Part shown: positions 11,527-22,839 of the stretch, in pieces
How the letters are laid out: every line of letters starts with the position of its first letter
Numbering within the stretch: the stretch's first letter is position 1
Source of the DNA: Thelocarpon superellum
Lineage: Eukaryota
DNA: 39,502 nucleotides
Assembly: GCA_026025795.1 (NCBI GenBank)
Contig: JAPEUG010000128.1
Location: 1-39,502, forward strand
Direction: 5' to 3'
The notes under the pieces: model-generated
The model's database searches: none
What the model was told of the DNA's origin: nothing
What the model saw: the letters and a program-made list of their open reading frames with translations, nothing else
Made by a program: the position numbers and the translations under genes

Positions 11527-13518
11527 CTCCAAGGAGAACGGACCATTGAAGAAAGTAAGACCCTGGAACGTCAGTGCGTGGGAGGGGGTGAGCGCTGGGG
11601 AGATTGGGTTGTCGTAATGACTGGGGATCATGCCCATTCGAAAGGGTGAGCGGGTTCACGGGGAACATGAGGCACAGACGCCGGCCCAGTTCAAGGCCAT
11701 GGATGTAGTCCAACTCCGCCCTTGGTCCTGGAGCTACTCCGCCCGCTCGCGATCGATGCACCCGTGGCAACTGCATCAGGTGCGGCCAACGATCTGGCGG
11801 TGTGCCATGCCGGATGGACAAAGAAGCAGGGTGTGCCATGTGGCCGCGACCGGGGTTCGGGGCCAGTGATGATGGGGGATGGGTTGTGAGACTCGACCGG
11901 GTGTTAGCGAGTTTCGCCTATCACATCAGACTCCTCCCAATCTGCTCCAGTCGTGTCGCAGTCAGACTCGCGCTGTCTCGAGCATCACCTTCGTGACGAG
12001 GACGGTGCCGAAACCCGGATCACCCACACTCCCTCATCCCGCCGGACGTTGTTATTGAGGACGAGGCTTGCAGACTAGCTCCCAGTTCGCCATGGAGACG
12101 GGACAGGCCTCGTGGCCAGCAGTTCAAACTGCGGATTCGTTCCCTAAGCGCCGACTGAGGAGGACCAATTGCTGGTTCCTGACGCACCGAACCCTATCGA
12201 ACAACCGACACCTACTAAATACTGCCGCCTACCGAAGGGCTCCTAGGGTGCGTGGGTGGCAGGGGTCTCCCATTCGTCTATCCGAGAGTCCTCCGTACCA
12301 GTAGGCGAAGGGATGCCTACCCGCCCCTCCATCGTCGGCAGCGCTCGCACGATTGGCTCGCGGCCCCAACTCCTCTCCCTCATGTGCGGCGAACTTTGAC
12401 CAGCGAGTCACTGAAGAAGCTCACTTGCCTAGCTTAGTCGATGCCATGAACGGGGTGGCCAAGATCGCCATGCCGAGTGAGGCGGTCGTGGTCCCGTTGT
12501 CCCAGCGTCGATGATGTTCGGTGCGTGATGCGTGGTGGGGGGTGGCGGTGTTCCGTCCGGTCTGGCATGCGTGTGCTGGTGTAGGGGCGAACCTGTCAGG
12601 GCGGGGGACACGCAGCGCTATGGCCGGACGCAGTGCTTGCTTGCATCGCGCCTCCGGATCCAGATGCAAGTGCCATGGCGGTGCGATGGGTCTCGCTAAA
12701 TTCGCCGTGCCAGTGCGAGTCCGGACCCTCCTGGTGGGTCCGGCTCAGGGCGCCCCGTTGCTCAGTGGCTAGAGGTTGGCGCCCGTGATGGAGGTGCATA
12801 GGTGCGTGTTGATACTTTGCGTGGGCTCCGACATGGGCCGGCACACGACTACTCGTCCTCCCACTAGCCTCCGCATGTTGGCAGCAGTAGTTGTAGTCCT
12901 GTAGTCCTCGGCGTGGGTGGGCTATTCTCGTAACCCGCCATCCACCTGGAACGTGGATGCGTGGTCTTCACTACGCGCCCATCCTCGCCCTGCTTCACCT
13001 CCTCCTGGTCTTTCGCACGGCCAGCGCTCAACCGTTTATTCTTTACGATCGACTTCATCTGTAACGTGAGCCGGGCCCGTGAGCTGAACGAGAAAAGACG
13101 TCATATGCCCTTTGTGGAGCCATAATCATCTCAAATCGTCCTTGATATTTGCTTTGGCCGACTGAGACACGCTTAATCTCCAGCAAGATCCTTGGCGCTC
13201 CCGACATCCTGGCCCTCTTTTCCATCGACCGGTCCGACGAATCTATCTTATTGAGCCGCTTCGGCCGCTCCCATTTTCAAGAAAACATCGCATCGGGCCT
13301 GGAGCCATCGTCCACCGAGCCTCACGACGTGCACGCGATCAAGCAGAGCCCGCGGGACGGTGCGAGGTCGGTGACCGGTGGAGTAGGACAGGACAGGACA
13401 GGGCTTGCCGGTCAAGTCACGGCAGCGCCGTCGCGGTCGAAGGCCGAGGATCGCGCATCGCGACTCGGAAATCGAGTCTCAACACTCGAGGTGTCGCGGG
13501 GGGTAGTGTGGCTCTACC

Positions 13519-15637
13519 ATGTCACTGAAGCAGGTTCGTCCCCGGCCATGCGAGGCCACGCGAGGCCACCGAGACTGACCGGACCGACGCAGGAAATCGA
13601 GACGTGGGTGCAGGCACTCGCCCACTACGATAATAATGAGTTCGAGGAGGCCTTGAGTACGTTTGATGGCATCTCGGACACGTCCAAGATCCTCTTCAAT
13701 TGCGGCGTCATCCTGGCGACGTTGGGGGAACATGCCAAAGCGGTAGGTTCCGGGCGCCGACGGGCGACCTCGAGCACGGACGATGAGGCTGACGGCGCGC
13801 CAGGTTGAGAGCTACCAGAAAGCCGTGCGGCTGGACCAGTACCTCGCGGTCGCCTACTTTCAAGAGGGCGTATCGAATTTCCTTATGGGTGATTTCGAGG
13901 AGGCCTTGGCCAATTTCAACGACACGCTGCTCTACCTGCGTGGGAACACGTTCATCGACTACGAGCAGCTCGGTTTGAAGTTCAAGCTGTATTCGTGCGA
14001 GGTCCTCTTCAACCGCGGCTTGTGCTACATCTATCTCCGACAAAAGGACATTGGCCTGAAAGACTTCACCTTTGCGCTCAAGGAGAAGGTCACGCAGGAT
14101 CACAATGTCATCGACGAGGCCATTCAGGAAGAAGCCGAGGTGGGTTCGTCGCACGATGGCGCCTGGTTCGTGAGCCTGACCTTGCTGCAGGGCTACACCG
14201 TCTTCTCCATCCCCGTCGGCATCGTGTACCGACCCAACAGCGCCAAGGTGAAGAATCTCAAGACCAAGGACTACCTCGGCAAAGCACGCCTGGTGGCGGC
14301 GTCGGACCGCAATAACGCCTTTACCGGCTTCACGGGATTGGAGGTGAAGAAGACGATGCTGCAGGCCGACTTGGGCAATGCCTCGCGAGGACCCGAACCG
14401 ACGGCCTTCACCGCGTCGGAGCTGGTCCGGACGGATCTCCGGCGTGGCCGGCAACAGTCGGAGCCGCCCATCACCCGCAACGTCTTCCCGCCCACGCCCC
14501 CTCCCGAGGCCGACAAGCCATCGCCGTCGATGGAGCATGCGCCCGGTCTTCGGGGCATGTCCCCCACACATGCCCGTGGCCAGTCGGGATCGCTGCGCCA
14601 GGGCTTCCCACGACCGGAACGACTGGATCTCTCCAGGACGAAATCGGCCGAGCAGCGACCGCTGGACCGACCCTTTGACCGACCAGCGGACCGACCAGTG
14701 GACCGACCAACGGGGCGACCGTTCGACCGACCTTTCGACCGGCCGCTCGATCGGCCACTGGACCGGCCACTGGATCGGCCACTGGACCGGCCACTCGAAC
14801 GACCTCTGGACAAGATGGCGGACCGGCCACGACTCGGAACGATACGCACCGCGTCAGAGCCTCGCGGGCCATCGCGAAGCTTCTCGAGCTCCCGATATGG
14901 CGACACGGGCCGGAAGGGGCTTGCGCCGAGCGTCTTGCCGCGCAAGCAGGACGCTGCTTCGGATGACGAAGGGGAGGGCAGCTATGTTGATGACTTCTAT
15001 GATATGTATCACAGTTCCCGCAGCCGACCGACGCCGAACCGGATGGGTTCGCGGGCCAAAGCACGGCCGCGCTACATCGAAGAAGAAGACGAGGACGGGA
15101 GTGGAGGGGAGGACGGCATGTCCGTGGACGAGGACGATTTCGAGATGTTGACGGCGAATCGATCGTATCGAAACTCGGCACGGAACTCCGGGCGCTCGCG
15201 CGGAAGTCGGACCGGCTCCAGGCGGCCTGACGTGAGCAAGGTATGTGACCCATGCGCTTCGCGCGTCTCCCTCATCCCCTCAGCCCGGTGGATGCTGATG
15301 AGTTCTAGATTCGGGTCAAGGTGCACGTGGCGGAAGATACGCGCTACGTCATGCTCGGGGCCGAGGTGGACTACACGGACCTCGTGGAGCGGATCCGCGA
15401 AAAGTTCTCCCTCCGCGGTCGGGTTCGTTGCAAGATCCAGGACGACGGCGACATGATCACCATGGCCGATCAGGACGATTTGGATCTGGCCGTCTCTACC
15501 TGCAAATCGAACGCCAAGCGAGAGCGGGCGGACATGGGCAAGCTGGAGGTGAGTGGACGCAATGCTGCGCGATGGCGGTGACCAAGAGCTACACTAACGA
15601 CGGTGGTCTGTCTCAGCTCTGGATCCAGCAGATATAA
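13519..15637 (+). CDS. noxR: NADPH oxidase regulator NoxR (p67phox-like; TPR + PB1), 603 aa
   Basis: Exons 13519-13533, 13593-13742, 13804-14139, 14191-15240, 15309-15548, 15617-15637 (1812 nt). Reads MSLKQEIETWVQAL, LDQYLAVAYFQEGVSNFL, IDYEQLGLKFKLYSCEVLFNRGL, KTKDYLGKARLVAA; PB1 IRVKVH...DDGDMITMADQDDLD. Confidence 0.96.
14656..14811 (+). repeat. Coding minisatellite in noxR: 13 x 12 bp encoding RPxD
   Basis: Translates as RPLD RPFD RPAD RPVD RPTG RPFD RPFD RPLD RPLD RPLD RPLD RPLE RPLD, followed by a degenerate KMADRP. Confidence 0.95.
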
Positions 15638-16867
15638 TGGCCTCGAGTCGCGATCCCTAATCGTCCGCCGTGACCATCTCTTGCTCTTGGCATTCTTGGC
15701 GTCCCTGACTGGTTTCACCACACAATACCCACGCACGTCGCGTCATCACGCTCCCTGCTGAGCCGCCTCCGCATTTGCTTCCGCATACATTCATGATGGC
15801 TTTCATTTGGATGCGTTCGATGCGTTGGATGCCGAGTATTGCAGTGGATCTCGAAGGTTGTGCGAGGGCTTTGGCGAAGACGTTTGATGATCTCATGAAG
15901 CGTGGGTGGAGTCAACCGAGCTGATAGCTCCATCAATCCTGTGCATAACGCATGGCAGTTAGATGCAAGTCGACGAAGCCGTGTCTCAACATCGAAGAGG
16001 AGTAATCAACCAGGCAGCCGCTTCCGTTGATCTCGTAGGACACGGCCTAACCTACAGAGCCTGTGGTTTCTGGTGCATCAGATGTCCGTTTCATTTGATA
16101 GGCGTACGCAGAGGAGTGGGAGGAGCCGTACCGCTGCGAGTACTAGACTAGTAGTCCGGCTACTAGTAGTATAGCCATCCATAACTACCGCGTTGAGATA
16201 CGCGACGCCTGACACAGGCAAAGCGTGCTGAAGCGTACCGCCACTATGCGGTACTCGGACTTACACAGGGACGGGTATGAGGACGAAGGTACACTGTGGC
16301 CTACGGAGGGTCTCCATCGCTATCGGTAGCCAGGAGTGGGTCAAAGCGCGGTGGAGCTTCTGGTACCGACGGAATGACCAAAGGACCCTTCGATTTGTGC
16401 GCGAATTACCCCGGATCTACCTATCGCAAGAGCTCCTCACCGGGGCCAGAGCAGCTCTTGCCAAAGGCTATCGACAATGGCCTCACTGCGGCGTTTCCGA
16501 ATGGATCGCGTCGATCAGGTGGCCTTGCTTTTGTTTTTCCAGCAAGGTCTGGCACGTCGGCGTCTTTGGCTGCCCGCCTACTATGCCTCGAGCCCTCCCC
16601 GCACGTGGATGCGGACGCGGGTTCGGGAGAAGGTTGCTCCTCATTTCTTTCTCTTTGCAGAGGAGCCCGAGGCGTTCTTCTGCGTCCTCGTGCAGCTTTG
16701 GCCCGGTAAGATGTTAATGACCGTTTCCGTCCTGAACGTTGCTCACCTTGTCTGCAGTCGCTCGTGCCTGTCAAGCCTTTTTCCTGCGGTCCATGACGAG
16801 CAACACGTTGCGCAAGTGCAAGGCTTTCGCGTCTTCCGCGTGAAGACGTACCATCCTTTGCGGCAGG

Positions 16868-18770
16868 ATGATTCATATCAAGGAGGGCATCTCCAATCCG
16901 GGCTGGCTTTTGTTGGCATGGCTCAGTCGGCAAGCACTGGACCTCACGGCAAGCGTGGCCCCTCTCCCGAACGTGACGGATGTGGCGGCGGCGGTCAGCG
17001 CAGCAGGTCCCATCAGCGAATGCCCTACCATCCAGACGCTGGATGTGGAGTGGAACTGTAAGACGGCCATCAACATCTTCACCGACGGGGTCGACGATCA
17101 GCTCGTCATTGCCGCGCTACTTGACAAAGCTACGAAGACGATGAAGGAGCACAATTGCGATGAATATCCCATCAAGTTCATCTTCGGCGATGGCGGGTAC
17201 AATTCGCCATTGTGGCGGCAGACTCTCATCAACCAGATCTACGAGTTGGGACATGCTGGAATCGCGCCTGGCGGAGACTGGTTCTTTGGTCCCACCCACG
17301 TCCTCGCCGGGCCGACGGCGAGAGATTACAATGATAGTCGATATGACGCGGTGGGTCGTGTTTACGAAAACGGCATCAAAATGATATATCCCGAATACCC
17401 ATTCGCCGCGTTGGGGATGAAGGAGAAGGAGAAACCTCTGGACACGCTGATGGCAACCTACTCCCACACCATGTCCGCGTTGAGCAAGCAAGAGGATCCC
17501 ATCTACGTAGCTCTACGGCCCATCCATGAATTCGCGGTGTGGTGGACTGAGTCTTCGCTCTATGCCGGATCAGACGTCTTCAATATTACGGCCAGATACC
17601 AGCAGCTCAAATCGCGGATTGATGCTCGAGGCGCAGACATCTACCAGCAGGGAAGTCCACGACAATGGAGAGCGACGGAGGGCGTCAATTTTGGCAAGGC
17701 GCGAGTGATCATGTACCAGGGGGATTCCAACTTTGCAGGCATGGGCGAATTCTTCAGTACGTGTGGCCCCCGTAACAGCCATGTCAAAGACTAACATGGG
17801 GCAGAGGACGAGATCATGGATTCGACGAATGCCTCCGAAACAGCTGCAATGGTAGAGGAACTGGAACGAGCCTTCGTCACGACGCCAAAGCAGTTTGTTC
17901 TTGTCGACCGGTCCAGTCTACTGTCCCACTTCAAAACACCAACCCCATTCACTGCGGCGACCCAATCGCAAGTATATCGCAAGATCCAGGCCAAGATGTC
18001 AGGGACGTATTATTTCGAAAAGTTCCTCGGCCTCGTTTCCGCCTGGAACCGGGCAGCGATAGCGGAGAAGACGGCGGACGTCTACGACATCTTGGACGAC
18101 CATCCCATGACCAAAGTGTGGAATGATCGAGCGGAACATGGCAAGAGGCATTTCGAAAAGTTGCAGGTTCGCGCAGCAGCGTTGTCCATCATCGAGGTTG
18201 AACTCGGGAAGGAAGATTCCACCCTCGACCAAGCCGCATTCCGGCGGACCCTGGACATCTGGAAGGACCGCACGATGCAGTGGGGAAGGGACCGGCTGGA
18301 TTCGTATCAGGCCGTGGGTCAAGGTACGACGTTTCCCCTGTTGCCATTGAGACCAAGACCACGAGCAACTATATCATCGTGCTTTCTCCTGACGGACGGA
18401 TTCCACAGGAAATCTCAACACGACGGAAGTGCTGCACTCGTGGGTCTCGATCGCTCTGGCCGCCAAATCGTACATTCCCGTATCCAGCCTCTTGGTACCA
18501 TTCTGCCTCGGACTGGGAGGAAGCCTGGTGCGGGACTCACTGGAGCAAGTCGTGTACGGGGGCCGGAACACGGATGTCTACAACGACGACGCAGACTGGA
18601 GAGGGACAGGAATCAGCGGCGTCGGGTACAACTGGCCGAAATCCAATTCCTGCTCGACGGTGTGGTTCAGCAAGGCGCCGGCCGGTCTATCAACCAACGA
18701 CGTGGCGGCGCGAGATACGCAGTTGAAGGTCGAGCTGGGTGAGTTGTACGAGGAGGTGTTCTCGCCCTAG
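16868..18770 (+). CDS. Orphan protein, 589 aa, possibly secreted, with degenerate nucleoside-hydrolase-like motifs
   Basis: Three ORF-track fragments join in frame through intron 17757-17804 (GTACGT...CTAAC...CAG) and intron 18324-18408 (GTACGA...CTGAC...CAG); total 1770 nt. Globular composition, short hydrophobic N-terminal patch, several N-X-S/T sequons. Gene existence is well supported; function and exact start are not. Confidence 0.75.
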
Positions 18771-19116
18771 CCTACTGGAGACCTACTGGCGACCTGCATC
18801 TGCATGCACAAACACCACACGGGGCGTTACAGTGTCCCTCATAGCGAAAGAGGCAAGGCGCGGCATGGGCGAAGGGCTCGGCAAGCGAGAAGGCGCACGA
18901 AAAATGGAGTATAAGAGTTTCTGGAGACGTCAAATAGGGTATGTAGTTCTCGTGCATACTCCGTAACATGCATGACTATAGTACCATGCCTATCGTATCG
19001 TATGGTAACATACCACAATCTCATCATGGCGACAGAAGGATCATTCACGAGAGGACGAGGCCAAGGACAAGGGCAGAGCTCGCTATATTGCACAACACCG
19101 AAGGGAGAAAGACAGA

Positions 19117-20074
19117 CTAAACAACGGCAGCGAAGAAGAAAGCGCCGGCCACCGCGGCCCCGAGCGCGACGAGAAGCGGCGACAACGAAGCAAAGGGCGA
19201 GGCGGTGACCGAGCCGGCAGAAGTAGCGGAGTTAATGCCGGACGTGATGGCGGACACGACGGCGGACTTGATCGCGTTCGACGTCTTGCTCGGGATCGGG
19301 ATCGTGCCTGTCGTGGCTGTGCCCGTCGGAATGCTGAGGAGGGAGCTGAGGACGGATGAGGCCGAGCCCGCGCTTCCTGATGGTACGCTGGTGGGCACGA
19401 GCTGCGCGGAAGCATCCCAAGTCAGCTTTCTAGTCTCCTTGTTCCTTCGCCTTTGCTTCTCGTCTGCCTGGCCTAGGCAGAGGGTGGAAGAAGGAGGTCA
19501 ACTCACACTCGTGGCGGTGCTTTGCACGTTCTTGGAGCCCGCAGGGAGGCAGGTGCCGATGTTGCCGTCCACCTCTTCGCCGAGCGCTCCAATGTCGCCT
19601 TGCTGGCAGCAGAAATACTCCCACGAATAAGAACCATGGTACGCCACCCACGAAGGGTCGGCACAGACGGGCGCGCTCAAGAGCAGTTGCGTACAGTCAT
19701 TGCCTGGATCGCGATGAAGACGACGGTGATTAGTCCAGGTGATGGTGTGGAGTGGGTGGAGACGAGTGCTACGGGGAGGACTCCTTACCGGGACAGCAAT
19801 CCCAGCCCGTGCCGGCGCCTCCGGATTCACCATCGTAGCACTTCAAGGCCGTCGGACAGCACGAGCCCGATTTACCACTGTCGCAGGCCGTCGTATTGCT
19901 CGGGCAGCTGAGGGCCGACAACGCCCATCCGCCAATGGAAGACCCGCGTTTCGCCAGTTCCGGGCCGTCGGTCTGGTCCACGCGCTTGGCCAATCGGTAG
20001 CCGGCGGGCAGCTCGGTGGCCAAGGCACCAGCGATGAGGGCGAGCCAGACGGTGAGGAGAGAACGAGCGGCCAT
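19117..20074 (-). CDS. Cys-rich, Ser/Thr-tailed, probably GPI-anchored cell-surface protein, 255 aa
   Basis: Exons 20074-19789, 19703-19507, 19401-19117 (768 nt). Signal peptide MAARSLLTVWLALIAGALA, two LAKR Kex2-type sites, Cys-rich domain with CCP/CCP/FCC, Ser/Thr stalk, hydrophobic C-terminus LSPLLVALGAAVAGAFFFAAVV. Confidence 0.85.
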
Positions 20075-20399
20075 GGCGAAAGTTGCAATTGAAACGAGAG
20101 AAGTGAGAGTGGATTATGCTGATGTAAGGGTGAACGCTCCAGGGTATTTAGAAGCCGTCAAGTATTCGAGACCGTCCAAAGTGAGCGCGCGACGTCGTGG
20201 CGGATTCACGCGATCTTATAGCAAAGTGTCTAGCGGCACAGGGCTCACCTGCTAGACTGGCCGGGACCCTTGGAGCGCAGGCAGTCTTCCGTCGAGCTAC
20301 CGCGTGCTGGCTCGAGCTGCGCTTGGTCCACGAACCTGGAGCCCGACAGGATGGCTGGCTGAAGGCGCAGCTACCGAGAAGCCCCGACGCGATCGGAAT

Positions 20400-20800
20400 C
20401 AAATCACAGAAGCAAGTCTAGTCGGGCCAGCAGCGCTAGAGACCGTTGCTGGTACCTGAGCGGTGCCAAGACCCTGAGCCTCAGCCCCAGTGTGGCGGTG
20501 GCCGGGCTGAATGGGGACGAAAGAACTAATGATCCACCGACGATGCACACGAACTGCTCGTCGACATGTCGCCTAGACCAACCGGGCAGCATCTCCTGTC
20601 TGTGCGGGAACGTGCGAGCGGGTGGATGAAGGAATGAGCGAATGAGCGGGAGATGCTACCTTCCGAGCAAACTGCACCGCTCCATCCGCCAATCATCCCG
20701 GGGTGCTGCAAGACGCTCGCTCTGCAAACGAGTCCTCCGTAGCCCTGCAGTAGTTTGATAGAGAGCAAAGCAAAAAGTGGCAGTGCAGGAGCCCATCTGG
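20400..20800 (-). pseudogene. Possible decayed tandem paralogue of the adjacent GPI-protein gene
   Basis: Fragments in different frames: APALPLFALLSI, ATEDSFAERAS, IGGWSGAVC, CCPVGL. They parallel ATELP..LAKRGS, IGGWALSALSC and CCPTAL in the neighbour. An exact 12-nt match CCATCCGCCAAT occurs at 20682-20693 and 19925-19936. Confidence 0.35.
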
Positions 20801-20978
20801 AAGTCAATCATCCATCACATGGCGGGGGAAAGACGAACTAGGTCTATTTGAAAAAAGGGACGAGTGGGAAGGGCAACGGCGCGTGCGTCAGGGGAGGAGT
20901 GGTGGAAGAGACAGTAGGGCGCTGATGGTCAGCTAGCCACCAAATGTCTGAGGCCACGCGCCATTCCCCAAACGCGCT

Positions 20979-21007
20979 TAGCTGCACGTAGCTGCACGTA
21001 GCTGCAC
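20979..21007. repeat. 10-bp tandem repeat TAGCTGCACG x2.9
   Basis: Directly visible in the sequence. Confidence 0.85.
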
Positions 21008-22525
21008 CAAATAGGCGGGGGCACAGCGGCCATGGACCCTTTTCTTCTGCACGCCACAATGCCGCTGGACGGGCTGAGTGGCCAGTCGCTGATCTGCTCC
21101 AAATTCACCCTCTTGTCCGTCCGTCCGCTATATCTCCTCTTCGCCAGTCGATCCGCTTCCTCCCAAAGGCTATCCACCCCAGGGCGTGGGCGGGTCGCTC
21201 TGTGCACTTGGCCCCTGTCCGCCAAGAACTTCCAGCGTCGGTCCCGGTCAGGAAGTGAAGACTTTTCGTTCCAGCGTGAGGCAGCGTTTGCGATAAGAAG
21301 ATACGGTGCAACTGGATCGTAAGGCTACAAGCAGCCTCGATTTCCAATCACTCTCAAGACATGAGGAAAGCCGACATCAGCGCTCGCGAGTGTCCACTGG
21401 CCGATGACCCCCGCGTCTTCCTTGTCAGCAACTTCGCGCCCATTGCCTATGGAAAGGACTTCTCACGGAGTGATCTAGGAGGCGCCGGGTACAAGGGATC
21501 GAAGACGGCCCTCTTCCAAGATCCACATGGACGCCATTGATACTCCTGGAGATCTTGGCCGACAAGACATCGTTGATAGTCTGCATGACGAGCTTGAGAT
21601 TCGACGCCGCTTCGTTGCTGGCTCTTCTCGCCCACGGGCTACCTTGACCCTCGTGGGCGACGTGCTTGAGATGCTCTATCAATTTGCCAATAGAAGGTGA
21701 TGTCACGATGCTAATGAAGCAGGGATCCCAAGTCGAACACGCCCGCTTCAGCCGTGGCCTCCCCCTCCAGATACACTCCTATATACTGGCACTCAGTCCG
21801 TTGGCTACGTATGGGTGGCATCAACGTTCCGGTTCGACTTGACAGGTCAACTCCAGAAGCGAATAGAATATAATTTAGAAATCCTATGGAACTGAGGACC
21901 GAGGCTGAGAAGCACCTAGTCAAGCCACGTTTCAGCCTCCGGAGTCGATTCCACTCCACGTACCAGGCTGCACACATTCCGCTGATTCCTCTCGTGGCCA
22001 TGAAGATGACTGGCGGGCAGGGGCGACGACGAGGCTGCGATCTGGAAGATATGCATGGTGAAACCAGTTGAGGCTCCATGTCGTCCAGTATGATGGGTCT
22101 CCCACGCAACGCAAGCTGCGACAGTCCCCACGGATCCATCCTTCCGTAGCTCTTGCACCTCGTGATGTAATCTGCAACGTCGAGACCTGCCATGTCGTGT
22201 CACGAGGGAGTATAAGGTCCGTCCCAAGTCTCGCGCTGGGCCACAAAAAGCAAGTGATGGCTCTCGTGTGTACGTCGGTAGTGCAATTGAATTAGTCCAG
22301 TGATACGTCATTGTCTGCCCCTACTCATCCCTCAAGAGCCATCTTCGAGAGGATACATCGTGGAAAGCCCCCCGGAGCAGCTCGTTGCCATCCAACACAC
22401 CCCGAATATGACGAGAAACACGGAGCGAGCTGGCCAGGTGGTTCATCGCGTGCTTTACAGCAATCGAGACTTGACTTTGAGGAGCTAGGGATAGGCGCGG
22501 CGTCATCCGGTAGGGGAGAGCCACC

Positions 22526-22839
22526 CTACGGAGCCGCAGAGGAAGCGGATACGTAGCCGGTGGTTGATGGTGGGAGCTTGGTCTTCTTCTTCCTAGGCAC
22601 GCCGACGTCGGGGTCCCCAGGGAAGACGCCAGCGTCTCCATTGGGGTCACCGTTGTCAGCTTGTCGCTCCTGAATGCCGGGCGTGGCTGCGACGGGGCGT
22701 GTCAGCCAGACCTGCCGGAATTGGAAGTAGGGAAAGAAATCAATTGATGTACCCGGCGAGGCAGCGACACCCATAGGGTTGGCAAATGCGAGGGAAACGA
22801 GGCCACCAGGGCAAGGAGGATAGACTGGTTCAGCTTCAT
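22526..22839 (-). pseudogene. Frameshifted gene (or sequencing error) for a secreted protein; 3' extent unclear
   Basis: The ATG at 22839 in CCATC-ATG context reads MKLNQSILLAL. A shifted frame continues GGLVSLAFA-NPMGVAASP. A canonical intron at 22752-22687 (GTACAT...GCTGAC...CAG) is followed by TPGIQERQADNGDPNGDAG. Confidence 0.5.

Noticed and set aside
11600..13500. Short ORFs in the 2-kb region upstream of noxR, including the N-terminal part of ORF 13149-13808
   Set aside because: No protein-like features; the true noxR start is the MSLKQ mini-exon at 13519
16147..16254. Two small hairpins (ACTAGTAG-N5-CTACTAGT; GTACCGC-N6-GCGGTAC)
   Set aside because: Stems of 7-8 bp, no target-site duplication and no matching element end; not supportable as a MITE, Helitron end or tRNA
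17739..17804. Alternative GC donor (G|GCATGG) for intron 1 of the orphan gene
   Set aside because: A consensus GTACGT donor in the same phase at 17757 is more parsimonious
21425..22311. Overlapping minus-strand ORFs of 93-160 aa
   Set aside because: No coherent spliced model or recognisable domain; at most the decayed 3' part of the 22839 relic
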